Source: Candidatus Poribacteria bacterium (lineage in GTDB: Bacteria; Poribacteria; WGA-4E; JAJDTR01). Taken from it: 64,000 nucleotides of DNA. The notes beneath the pieces are model-generated. The model had not been told where the DNA came from. It saw only the letters and a list, made by a program, of their open reading frames with translations, and did no database searches. The position numbers were made by a program, and so were the translations under genes. Of the stretch, positions 28,314-38,133 are shown piece by piece. Every line of letters starts with the position of its first letter. Within the stretch, counting starts at the first letter, position 1. The stretch lies in contig CBDCTK010000002.1 of the NCBI GenBank assembly GCA_965222225.1, positions 736,001 through 800,000 on the forward strand. The letters are read 5' to 3'.

Positions 28314-29139
28314 AATCTACGTCAACGAATTCGGTATAAATTTCGCCTAGCTGTTGCTCGGGCAAATCGTGAATACCCTCACGAGTGATTGTCTTGAGTG
28401 TTGGGAAAATGTGGGATTTTGGGTTATATCCACTAGTTGCGACATCGTATTCAGACGCTGTGTCAAGAAGTCTCAACACCGTGCGAGTCGCCTGTTGTTC
28501 GTCCATCTCAGCGAGTGGTCCACCTTCCCAGCGATCCAAATAACGCAAAATGCCTCGAATCCAAACCGATCCGGAGCCGGACACGGCAAAAGCAGCGTTT
28601 TCGAAGTGTGCGCCGAGCGCGTCATAGAAATAAATTTTTCCGCCGTTCTCATCTTCTTGATGATTCAAGTCGTAGAGTGAAAAGATAGGAATCACTGCGC
28701 CAATCCCTTGTAACGCCATTGGCAAGTTTTCTCGAATTAGACGTGAGAGCATCCTCAGCTTTCCTTCTACGCTTAGTTCTTGAAGTTGACTTCGACGGAA
28801 ATACTGAAATGAATGTTCAAGCACCCTCGCCATTTCGTAGGCGATAGCCGGAGATCCTGAGATAGCCAAGACAGAATATTCATCTATCGGCAACACTTTC
28901 TCAGCGCGGTCGTACATGACGGATGTTCCAGCCGTTGCTCGTCGATCTCCGGCAATCAGAATACCATCCCGATAACGCACCGCAATAACAGTTGTTCCCT
29001 CCGCTATCTCCAATTTATGGGCAACAACATCTCCGGTTGCTCCAACGGGCAAACTTTTTGGGTTCAAATCGCCAGTACCGAGTTGGATGTGGCAGTTCTG
29101 AGATTTCAAGAGACTGAGGAAGTCCCCTTTGTGGCTCAT
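28303..29139 (-). CDS. prcB: 20S proteasome beta subunit with 48-aa propeptide
   Basis: EG|TTVIA processing site. Counting from Thr1, Asp17 (AGDRRAT) and Lys33 are at canonical positions; SGSGS motif present. Confidence 0.95.
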   Translation of the reverse strand: MSHKGDFLSLLKSQNCHIQLGTGDLNPKSLPVGATGDVVAHKLEIAEGTTVIAVRYRDGILIAGDRRATAGTSVMYDRAEKVLPIDEYSVLAISGSPAIAYEMARVLEHSFQYFRRSQLQELSVEGKLRMLSRLIRENLPMALQGIGAVIPIFSLYDLNHQEDENGGKIYFYDALGAHFENAAFAVSGSGSVWIRGILRYLDRWEGGPLAEMDEQQATRTVLRLLDTASEYDVATSGYNPKSHIFPTLKTITREGIHDLPEQQLGEIYTEFVDVDYAR

Positions 29140-29142
29140 TAA

Positions 29143-29340
29143 CTATTCCCCTGTCCTCTGGCGATAGTTGCGTGACTGGTTTTTCTTGACACGCCGCATG
29201 CGGTTGAGTAGTTCCTTCCTGTCGGGACTGTTCGTGTCCGGGCGTTTTGGTCCTTCATCATCGCCACCGTCGCCTGGTCCAAAAGGCTTCACGGGTCGCT
29301 GTTGTCGATCTCTCAGGTGCATAAGCGCATCTGCTGTCAT
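29143..29340 (-). CDS. ubact: Ubiquitin-like modifier UBact (Pup analogue)
   Basis: 65 aa, charged and disordered, LLNRMRRV..NQSRNYRQRTGE. Sits in the pup position between dop and prcB, with an AGGAGG SD. Confidence 0.92.
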   Translation of the reverse strand: MTADALMHLRDRQQRPVKPFGPGDGGDDEGPKRPDTNSPDRKELLNRMRRVKKNQSRNYRQRTGE

Positions 29341-29493
29341 GATAATGACCTCCTGTTATGAAAACAAATCTACGTTTTTAGTTCTACAGTATTGAGAAAA
29401 TAATCGGGCAACTAGAATCGGGATGTGAGGATTCTGTTTCTCTCTTCCGACGCATGACATCACTATTCGCGTCATGAGATGGCTACAGATTCG

Positions 29494-31011
29494 CTAGTTT
29501 TGAATTCCTAAATTTTCTATCAAGGATTCAACAGTTGGCGACTCATTCAAAACCCGGTTGTATTCTGCTGCCAGGCTTGGATCGGCGAGTTGTTTCATGC
29601 AGACGGATACAGGTTTTCCCTTTAGATTGAACGTGATATTATCCCACTGAACGGATTGCACATCGGCACTAAATTTATTGAGCGACTTTCCACGAAAATA
29701 CGCCCGGGTATCTTGCGGGGGATGATGAATGGCGTGTTCAATCTGCCGGTCTGTAACGACGCGGCGCATCAACCCCTGTGCTTGGAGTCCGTAATATAAC
29801 CCCTCGTCCTGATTGATATTATGATATTCCAGATCCAGGCTTTGCAACCACGGATCGTCCCAACTAATTCCCTCTTCATCAATGAATGTTTCTAGCAACC
29901 ACTTCTTTGCAACCCAATCCAAGCTGTCCATTAGACTCATCGGATCTCTTTCGAGACGGTCAAGCACCAACTCCCATTCAGATATTACCCAGTCGGTTTC
30001 GGAATCTTGACCTGCAAAATGTTGCCGGGCTAAATCCAGATATTTGCGTTGCAGGTCAATTGCGGAAATTGTGGCGCCGTCGCTTAACCTTAATTTCCAC
30101 TCGAAGGTTTGATCGCGCGAAACCTCTTTGATTGTCTGAATCGGGTTGTCAATGGCAAAGCTATCAGGGATTCGCCGCTGTTCGATTAGACTAATCACCA
30201 ACGCTGTTGTACCGAGTTTCAGCGCAGTCGAATACTCGGACATGTTAGCATCACCTACAATACCGTGAAGTCGGCGGTACTTAGCGGCATCCGCGTGCGG
30301 CTCGTCACGTGTGTTCACAATCGGGCGGTTGTGCATCGTGTCTACACTAATTTCTACATGGAAGAAATCTGATCGTTGTGCAAGTTGGAAGAATCCGGCA
30401 GAACTGATTCCCGACTCGGTTTCGATGCCAACCTTGCCTGCACCGGCAAAAATCTGTCGCGTCACAAAGAACGGCATGATGCTTTCTTTCAGGTAATCGA
30501 ACTCGATATCCCGCTTCATCAGGTAGTTGTCGTGACAGCCGTAACTGTGCCCATGAAAATCGGTGTTGTTTTTATAGAGCAAAACCTGTTGTCTTAGTTT
30601 TTCGCTGCGACGCGCAGCGCATTGACACAAGATTCGTTCTCCTGCTTTATCGTGTGCGATTAGTTCAAACAAATTTTGGCATTCAGGCGTGGAATACTCC
30701 GGATGGGCGTGGTCATTATACAGACGTGCACCGTTAACAAGAATCATATCGCTCTTGATTTCGTTGAAAGGAAGATTGCGCTGACTATCCTGTTCTTGAA
30801 ATTGTCGCTCATCCGGGTGTTCTTGAAGTTCGCTAGCGCGGAAGCCACGCTCGTCACGAAACGGATCCTCTCCGTCATAATTCCACATCGGACGGAAGTC
30901 GCCATGACGATAGCTCTTTATGAGTTCGATTGATTGTTGAACCGTGTCAACATTTTTCTTGCCCTCAAGCGTTATACCGTATTCCGTTTCGATTCCAAAT
31001 AGTCTTTGCAT
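29494..31011 (-). CDS. dop: Depupylase/deamidase Dop (PafA2)
   Basis: FGIETEYGI, Dop loop WNYDGEDPFRDERG, NGARLYNDHAHPEYSTPEC, SYGCHDNYL, RDEPHAD and DTRAYFRG motifs. Confidence 0.93.
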   Translation of the reverse strand: MQRLFGIETEYGITLEGKKNVDTVQQSIELIKSYRHGDFRPMWNYDGEDPFRDERGFRASELQEHPDERQFQEQDSQRNLPFNEIKSDMILVNGARLYNDHAHPEYSTPECQNLFELIAHDKAGERILCQCAARRSEKLRQQVLLYKNNTDFHGHSYGCHDNYLMKRDIEFDYLKESIMPFFVTRQIFAGAGKVGIETESGISSAGFFQLAQRSDFFHVEISVDTMHNRPIVNTRDEPHADAAKYRRLHGIVGDANMSEYSTALKLGTTALVISLIEQRRIPDSFAIDNPIQTIKEVSRDQTFEWKLRLSDGATISAIDLQRKYLDLARQHFAGQDSETDWVISEWELVLDRLERDPMSLMDSLDWVAKKWLLETFIDEEGISWDDPWLQSLDLEYHNINQDEGLYYGLQAQGLMRRVVTDRQIEHAIHHPPQDTRAYFRGKSLNKFSADVQSVQWDNITFNLKGKPVSVCMKQLADPSLAAEYNRVLNESPTVESLIENLGIQN

Positions 31012-31288
31012 ATTTAATCGTACTAGACTGGATTGTGCATTGCCGGTCTGCCTTGCGTACTTACCGTGCCGCGAAGAAATCCTGCCCTGCTCGGTCGTCC
31101 ATGCCTAATAATTATCTGTCGTATTGATTCGTGCTAGCAGTCTAAGGAGTACCTCACGAGAGTTGTGCTGTACGACCTGCCCAAGGCACAATTAAGAGAA
31201 GTGTAGTCCCCTAGCGCTACGAATTACATGGTGAAGGTTGGCGGGTTGAAATACGAATGCTTGAGTGTGCCAAGTGTCGCGCATGGAA

Positions 31289-33040
31289 CTAAATCACGCG
31301 TCCGGCGGCGTTTCTCGAAGGCGATTTCTCCGGTCGGATTGGAGATACCTTGACGACGTTCTCCGCGTCATAGTCGAGCAACATTAACCAGTCGTCAACA
31401 CTGTCTGTTGAAGGGAAAATATCACTTTCGCGATATTCCGCACTTAGCGCACCCATCAAATCCGGCGCCCCAATACCTGTCTCCTGTTCCAAATTATTGA
31501 TTGCACGTTTAATTGCAGATTCCTTTGCGCGCTGTACAATGGATTCGATGATAGCTCCACTGCATAAATGACCGCGATAGAGAACATCCCGCCGGCCGTT
31601 TCGCAACCCGACTTCCAAGAACTTATTCTCTTCAGTTGGCTGAAACATTTTGTCGGCGACCTGATCTATCAGATTATTGATGGCTGCTTCAAGATTGCCG
31701 CCATGAGTTTTAACAATCTCGGGATCGATAGGGAGTTCCGGCGTCAGGTAGACGCGGAAAATGTCTTTTGCAGCATCCCCATCGGGACGTGTCACTTTGA
31801 TTTTTCGATCGATGCGACCGGGACGCAGAATGGCTGGATCGATGAGGTCAGGTCGGTTAGTCGCGAGAATGATGACGACGTCTTGAAGTGACTCAATACC
31901 ATCCATCTCAGCGCAAAACATTGGCACAACGGTGTTTGCTATATTGTGAGATCTATAGGATCGACGCGTTCCCAAGATTGACTCGGCTTCGTCAATAAAT
32001 ACGAATGACAGATAACCATCTTTGCGCTTTTCTCGAGCGATCTGAAAGATTTCGCGAACCTTCCGTTCGGATTCTCCCAACCACATGTTCAATATTTCAG
32101 GCCCCTTGATATGCAGGAAACAGCCTTCGACGTTGCTTCCAGTTTCCGCTTTTAACCTTTCGGTCAGGTTATGCGCGGTCGCTTTGCCGATTAGTGTCTT
32201 TCCACAGCCGGGCGGGCCATGCAACAGGAATCCCTTGGGGGCGCTATATTGAAAACGCTCAAATATCTCCGGGTGGAGAATCGGGAGTTCAATGGTATCT
32301 TTAATGAGTTTTATGGTGTCGCTCAACCCACCAACCTTCTCCCAAGGTATATCGGGTACTTCTTCCAGATAGTAGTCTTTTGCTTCCTGAGTTTCTAATC
32401 GTTCGAGCGCGACCTTAAAATTCGGATCGATGCGGACTTCGTCTCCTACTTTCAGCTTCTTGTTAGCCAAATCTGTTGACCGTTCCAAAATAACAGCTTG
32501 GGTTGTAGGTTCCTGTCCAACACGCAATCTACCATCCGGTAGGATGTCGCCAATCTTCCCTATGGGGCCGGCATCGCTGTATCCGAGTTCGCCCACTATA
32601 ACATAAGCCTCATTGAGGAGCACACTGAAGCCGATCTTGAAGGCGTACGGATCCAACTGGGAGTCAATGTTTGCGAGGTAATCTGAACCGCCAACAATTA
32701 CACGTGCAATACCCTTTTTCGGGAATCCGAGGAGTGTACCTATTCGATTCGCAGGAGCGGTTAGTTTGTCAACTGTTTCTTGCATTTCGACGATGGCTTG
32801 CCGCGCTTCCTGAAACGTTACTTCATCCTCAATAATCGCACGTCGCAGTTCATACAGAAGTGAGCGTCTACGATCGTCCTCGTGTGTTGCGTAAAGAAGC
32901 TGATCGACAAGCATCAAAGAACGGGGTGTACCTACGTCTTCTTCGATTTCATCGGATTCTTCAGCAAAATCGTCATCATATAAATCAAGGCGGTCAGTAG
33001 ATTGCCTTTCAGATTGATTTCGATTCTTGTTGTCGCGCAT
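31289..33040 (-). CDS. arc: Proteasome-associated AAA+ ATPase (ARC/Mpa)
   Basis: N-terminal coiled coil and OB region, LEEVPD, GPPGCGKT, IKGPEIL, FIDEAES, TNRPDLIDPAILRPGRID and SGAII.SIV.RAK. ATG 33040 follows GGAGG. Confidence 0.93.
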   Translation of the reverse strand: MRDNKNRNQSERQSTDRLDLYDDDFAEESDEIEEDVGTPRSLMLVDQLLYATHEDDRRRSLLYELRRAIIEDEVTFQEARQAIVEMQETVDKLTAPANRIGTLLGFPKKGIARVIVGGSDYLANIDSQLDPYAFKIGFSVLLNEAYVIVGELGYSDAGPIGKIGDILPDGRLRVGQEPTTQAVILERSTDLANKKLKVGDEVRIDPNFKVALERLETQEAKDYYLEEVPDIPWEKVGGLSDTIKLIKDTIELPILHPEIFERFQYSAPKGFLLHGPPGCGKTLIGKATAHNLTERLKAETGSNVEGCFLHIKGPEILNMWLGESERKVREIFQIAREKRKDGYLSFVFIDEAESILGTRRSYRSHNIANTVVPMFCAEMDGIESLQDVVIILATNRPDLIDPAILRPGRIDRKIKVTRPDGDAAKDIFRVYLTPELPIDPEIVKTHGGNLEAAINNLIDQVADKMFQPTEENKFLEVGLRNGRRDVLYRGHLCSGAIIESIVQRAKESAIKRAINNLEQETGIGAPDLMGALSAEYRESDIFPSTDSVDDWLMLLDYDAENVVKVSPIRPEKSPSRNAAGRVI

Positions 33041-33520
33041 GAAGTTCCTCCTGGCACAATGTAAATTGAACAACGAGGCTGATGCAATCTGTTGTTCTGA
33101 GGGGGCAGCCAGTTTTTCAAATTGTATCTTGCCAATTCAGAAGATTGAATTGATAAGTCACGGCATTAACGACGAGGTCTAGTGGAACTTCACCAATCTG
33201 ATTCAGACCCCGTGCGATTAACTTGATTGGTTGAAACGCTCCCGGAACTCCTATCTCAACGTAGTGATAGAATTCCCCGCTATACTCGACTCTTCCATGT
33301 TTGTATAATTGACACAATTTGCCTTCCCAAAGTGTCTTCAGGTTTGTTGGGAACCCAGATATCGCTTGCTGTCAATCCGAATGAGTAAAACGGTTCTGGA
33401 TGCTTCCAGAGGTTCTGTAGAGGTAGTTAAGCGATAGACCGTCTGAAAGTCATCGATTTATTGCAATTTTACGATAGATGGGGTAGAGTGAAGGAAATCT
33501 TCTTGAGAAGACAATTGACA

Positions 33521-33549
33521 ATTCTATCACACTATTTCAGGAATCTCAA
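33521..33549 (-). promoter_or_regulatory. Putative sigma70 promoter upstream of the arc operon
   Basis: TTGAGA-17 bp-TAGAAT with TG extension. Confidence 0.45.
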
Positions 33550-33599
33550 CGCAAAACATAGAATTTGTTCAGAGAGACAAAGACTCTTGGTGTCAAATC

Positions 33600-35078
33600 T
33601 CAATTCGCCGGCGTGTTCTCTTGGTTTTCGGTTTTCGACTGTTTCCAATCTAACTCGCTCTCATTCCATTCAAATACTTGCAAGGGGCCAAACTTCAAAT
33701 TGACGGTTAAGCTTTTTGGCGTCGGCGAACTATCAAATCGATTGAAGTCGCGAATTACGACATAGGTGTGTTGGCCGTCAGCAATCTTTTTGCAAGAAGC
33801 GATAAAGTCGTCAAGATTCTGAATCGCGCTGCCGTTGATTTCTTGGATAACTACCTTCGAATTGCCACTCCGCTCGCGTATGCCAACCCGTGAGAAGCTG
33901 CTTCCCGCATCTGCATGTGGGAGGTAAACCCCTTCTGCTTTGAAGTATAAAATGCGTCGCAAATCCGGGGTAATGTCGTGAAAGATTGAACCGGCGAAGC
34001 GAACAAATCGGCGAACTTTCTTGAGTTCAAGGTCCTCGACCGGTATTTTGACGCTCATCTGTTCTCCGTTGCGGTAAACCTCCAGCACTACATCTGCTCC
34101 GACGCTGTTGTTGAGCATCGCGTCGAACGCATAGAGATCGTCACGGATAAGTTTTTCGTTGATCCGATAAATGATATCGGACGCGCGGAGGAGGTTCTCG
34201 CCCGTGGTACGGGGGATAATTGACTCAATCTGGATGACTTTCGGTGTTCCGGCTTCGGAGGGGCCAATATCCGCGCGCGATGATTCCGGCAATCTAAAGT
34301 GCTTAATGGCTTCACCAATTGAGATTAGTTCCAAGTCTACACCAATCTCGCCACGATGAATTGAAGACCCCTTCTGAATGTGGGTCAACGCATCAATCAG
34401 GTACTCAATGGGAAGTTCAAAACTAGACGTATCAGTTCCGCGTGCGTGGATGGCAATCGCCTTTCCTTCCGTGTTCCACACCGGACTTCCACTCGAACCG
34501 CCTGTACGGTCAAAGGTCGTGTGAATATAGCTCGAATGGCGATTTCCTTTGTTGACATTGAGATTGGCGACTTTTCCCTCTTTAATTGAGTATTCTTCCT
34601 TATCATTATTACCTATTAACAGGAGTTCATCGCCTAAGGCAAGATTACGCCACGCTCCAAGTTGCACCGCTTCAAGGGTGAACTCGACTTCGCTAGGGTT
34701 TATCTGGTAGAAGCCGAAATCGTGTGTCGGGTCGTAATAGAAAACCTTCGCCTCAGTAAAACTTCCGTCGTAAAAATTAATCTTAACGTAAGCCGGACTA
34801 CTGCCGGTAACGTGACGGTTAGTAGCTATAATCCCACGTTCTGCGTCAACAATAAAGCCGGTAGCGAAACTTGATCCTTTTGCTTCGGTTTCAAAGACAA
34901 CTTCGGATGAGGTTTCCACATTCACAACCATAGGCTTAAATGCAGCAATCTGATCTGTCCAGTTATGGGCGGCTTGACTTCTCAGTGCAGTTCCGTGCGA
35001 TAACAGGAAAATCGCGATACACCAAATAAAAATTCTTTTAGTCTGTCCGGATTGACAAAAAGCCGAAGTGAAGAGCAT
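33600..35078 (-). CDS. HtrA-type serine protease with two PDZ-like domains (Nma111/Deg7-like)
   Basis: Signal-like N-terminus; ATGFIVDAERGIIATNRHV, YYDPTHDFGF and GGSSGSPV motifs followed by PDZ-like regions. Confidence 0.88.
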   Translation of the reverse strand: MLFTSAFCQSGQTKRIFIWCIAIFLLSHGTALRSQAAHNWTDQIAAFKPMVVNVETSSEVVFETEAKGSSFATGFIVDAERGIIATNRHVTGSSPAYVKINFYDGSFTEAKVFYYDPTHDFGFYQINPSEVEFTLEAVQLGAWRNLALGDELLLIGNNDKEEYSIKEGKVANLNVNKGNRHSSYIHTTFDRTGGSSGSPVWNTEGKAIAIHARGTDTSSFELPIEYLIDALTHIQKGSSIHRGEIGVDLELISIGEAIKHFRLPESSRADIGPSEAGTPKVIQIESIIPRTTGENLLRASDIIYRINEKLIRDDLYAFDAMLNNSVGADVVLEVYRNGEQMSVKIPVEDLELKKVRRFVRFAGSIFHDITPDLRRILYFKAEGVYLPHADAGSSFSRVGIRERSGNSKVVIQEINGSAIQNLDDFIASCKKIADGQHTYVVIRDFNRFDSSPTPKSLTVNLKFGPLQVFEWNESELDWKQSKTENQENTPAN

Positions 35079-35190
35079 TAGTGCCTCCGAAGAAGAAGAA
35101 AATGAACTAAGCTAACGTAGCTGGCTGCCGAGACGGCCTCGTTGAATAGCCTATCTAATGAATGGGGCTAGATTTGCAATGGTCCCTACT

Positions 35191-35219
35191 ATATTACCAA
35201 ATACTATGGCAGGACGCAA
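35191..35219 (-). promoter_or_regulatory. Putative sigma70 promoter for the HtrA-like protease
   Basis: TTGCGT-17 bp-TAATAT with TG extension. Confidence 0.4.
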
Positions 35220-35789
35220 GCAAGAGAATCGTTGCTAAGCGGGAGATTTGTCGAGATTACGCGGCCGAATGCTGAAAGTTTAATCACTTGGGTTTCTTTG
35301 ATTCGCAGTGAGCACAAAACAGGTTTGATTGATTAGCATGTTATTTCAAGTCTCGACTTCGGAAAAATGATGGGGCCCGGCAATTCTTGCCATTGTCAAA
35401 ACTATTGGTTCCGAGATACTGTCCATCCAGGCGGACATTTTAGATCGAGACTGTTTGCAAACCGCGAGGCTGACATTTGGATACCATTAGGATTATTAGG
35501 CTGAATCATAGAATAACACAACTGCTTAGAAAATGGAAAAATATTTTGAGGGGTATCCAATGCTGGTTCAAAGAGATATCTGTCCAAACGACCGGTGAAC
35601 AAAGGATTTTCGAAACTCCTCGGCATTACTCTGCAACAACCTCAAGTTTAAGAACTGAAAAAGAGATACGTATGCAAATCAAATTGAACTAGATCGAGAA
35701 GGGACGTTACTGCGGCAAGGATTGATCGAGTGGAAGAAGCCGATACCAAGAAATCTTACAAGAAAAAGCAATCTCTATCTAGCTATGAC

Positions 35790-36698
35790 TCACTGCTTCT
35801 TCTGAGAATTTTTCACGTTGTCTGCAGATACGTTTTTCACAGTTGTCGACTTTTTCTGTGATTCGGCAAGATATTCAAACAGATTGGGTTCATCGGTATC
35901 GTCTTCGATGTCAGAGGTTTGACGTACTGTTTCTTCCGACAGCGTGACGGGTTGTTTCGCTGTCGATTCAGGTGTGTTTTGGGGAGGGCGTTGGGGAGTC
36001 ATGCCTTGTGTGGTACCAATTCCCGTGGGTTGGCGATCTTGTGTTTCAAGTAGTTCTATCCGCTCCAATACTTGGTGCAGCGTTTTTCGCACCATCATGA
36101 GTTGATCTTGGAGGTTTTCCACACGAGCGGTTAACTGAGAGACCGTGTCAGCGACATCTTCTTGGCGGCTTTCGGATGCGGGGAGCGAAAACACCTGTTT
36201 GCCAGCTTTATTCGCGACATTCGGGCTTGGCGAGACAACGGGAGCTTGAGGGCGTGGGATGGATTCTTGTGTTGAACTCTTGGTCGGAGTGTCTTCGTGG
36301 AAAACGTCAAGCAATTTGATTTCATAGATGCCAGCGCCTATCCCTTTAGTTGAAAAGTATGAAACCCTGATCTTCATTTCTTGGCCAATCTCCATCTTGC
36401 GAAGGCGAAGGCTTAGATTCCAGATTACTGCGTCGTTATGCCAAGCAAGTTCCCAACCTGGACGACGATTCAATCCGCGCAGATAGGCAGTAACCAAACT
36501 AGTGTCAGAAATCTCCTGTACCAACGGCTCGGTGGTTAAGGTTCCGGTAGTTTCGACTGGCTGAAAATGAGCGTCAACCTCCGTGCGCGGCTGTACAATC
36601 GACATGGGGATTTCCCCCTGCTCTGCCTTCATGGTGGTCACCCATCCAGCGTCGCTTATTCGCTTGCACGCGATATTATAATGGTATTGAACTGCCAT
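35790..36698 (-). CDS. Hypothetical protein (N-terminal globular domain, coiled coil, low-complexity tail)
   Basis: 302-aa ORF with heptad segment LTARVENLQDQLMMVRKTLHQVLERIELLE and P/T/Q-rich linkers. Confidence 0.7.
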   Translation of the reverse strand: MAVQYHYNIACKRISDAGWVTTMKAEQGEIPMSIVQPRTEVDAHFQPVETTGTLTTEPLVQEISDTSLVTAYLRGLNRRPGWELAWHNDAVIWNLSLRLRKMEIGQEMKIRVSYFSTKGIGAGIYEIKLLDVFHEDTPTKSSTQESIPRPQAPVVSPSPNVANKAGKQVFSLPASESRQEDVADTVSQLTARVENLQDQLMMVRKTLHQVLERIELLETQDRQPTGIGTTQGMTPQRPPQNTPESTAKQPVTLSEETVRQTSDIEDDTDEPNLFEYLAESQKKSTTVKNVSADNVKNSQKKQ

Positions 36699-36770
36699 TG
36701 CTTATGTTCCAGCCGAGATTGTTAAAGGCAAATTAAGAATGGCTTTATAATTTGCCTATATCTACCCAAT

Positions 36771-37604
36771 TCAAAGTGGTTTCAAGCGTTTGCGAATTGA
36801 ATCCAACGTTGGAATGTTTGCTGTATGCCGGCCTTCGACAGCAAATGAGGCGGCACAGTGAGCAAAATTCAACGCCTCCTGCGGTAATTGTGTTTCATAA
36901 TATTTTATTAGGAACGCCGTGGCAAATACATCACCAGCCCCGGTAGGGTCGATTTCGTTCGCAGCATAGGCGTTTGAGTTCAAAACCCGACCATTTTCAT
37001 AAAGAGTAGCCCCATGCATTCCCTTTGTCAATACCACAATTTTCGTCAGCTCAATATATTTTTCAAGTTCGTCAGGATATGTGCTCAAATCCTCATCACT
37101 CAGAATGAGGACGTCTGCGTACGGCAAGATTAATGTGGCGGAACTCCAACGCTTGGCAAGGACGCGGGAATTGCTATTACGATGCCGCATCCAACCTTGC
37201 GGGGTGACGCCGATTAGAGATCCGTTGAAACTATGGATACAATCGGGATCTACTTCGTCCGCAATTGGACACAAATACGCAACCTCCGCTTCACAACAAT
37301 CACCTGTGATATGTTGCGGCATCAATTTCGCTCCCAGTGCCAAGATAGATTGTTGGCGTTGACCATTCTCGCTGTAGCGATTGTCGAAAATCGTAGTGTG
37401 GGACGATTCTTGGTAAATAACTTCGATACCATTCAACAGCGGATTGCGTCGATTAAAGTCAACTCCCACTGCGGTTATTACACGAGCCTGGAGACCTAGA
37501 TGGCGGGCGGAAATAGCCGAATATGCCGCCGATCCGCCAAGCACATACCCCTTGGAGGTAACATCATAGCACAAATGCCCGATGGCGAGAAAGGTTGCAG
37601 TCAT
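36771..37604 (-). CDS. PfkB/ribokinase-family carbohydrate kinase
   Basis: LGGSAAY, QGWMR, VLTKGMHGA and DPTGAGDVF motifs. Confidence 0.92.
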   Translation of the reverse strand: MTATFLAIGHLCYDVTSKGYVLGGSAAYSAISARHLGLQARVITAVGVDFNRRNPLLNGIEVIYQESSHTTIFDNRYSENGQRQQSILALGAKLMPQHITGDCCEAEVAYLCPIADEVDPDCIHSFNGSLIGVTPQGWMRHRNSNSRVLAKRWSSATLILPYADVLILSDEDLSTYPDELEKYIELTKIVVLTKGMHGATLYENGRVLNSNAYAANEIDPTGAGDVFATAFLIKYYETQLPQEALNFAHCAASFAVEGRHTANIPTLDSIRKRLKPL

Positions 37605-38064
37605 TCTCCTCGTTGGAATGAATCAACGTGTCCGAGAGAAGTGTATTGTTCCGATTGTACAAATGAATGCAGGAAAAGTCAAGAAGATTTTGCACGGTTT
37701 AGGACAGTTGCATTTCTTGTTTGAATAGTGGGTGGCAAAACAACTATTGGCAAATTAAGAAAGGCGGCTTTTTCCTGTTTATTTATTGGTGTCTACTATT
37801 CGCCTTGAGCGCAGGAGAGGAAATCGGCGAATAGGTTAGAAGACTCTATCGCACTAGGATTTCTTTCGCGGTCAGCGGGGGATATATTATCGCCTAGCGA
37901 TCTCTATCACACTCGCTATTGGCTTGCTTGATCTATGCGCTCAGTTGCAAGTATCTCTATTGCACTCACTATGAGATTTACTATCACCATCACTATTCTT
38001 TCAGTTGATTATGCTTGATTCTCAGAATCAGACGGAGTTGTCCTAAGAGATACGTTATTTGCCG

Positions 38065-38094
38065 TTGACGAACACCCGCTTCTGATGCTATAGT
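38065..38094 (+). promoter_or_regulatory. Putative sigma70 promoter for glpK
   Basis: TTGACG-18 bp-TATAGT with TG extension. Confidence 0.5.
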
Positions 38095-38133
38095 GGCGAC
38101 ACTTTGAATTTCACGATTTGACCGCATGTCTCA

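Noticed and set aside
33372-33374. In-frame TGA upstream of ORF 33117-33317 as a second Sec codon
   Set aside because: No Cys-like motif context, recognisable family or clear SECIS hairpin.
35200-35780. Short ORFs between the HtrA-like protease and the hypothetical gene
   Set aside because: No recognisable motifs or SD; possibly decayed DNA, but unsupported.
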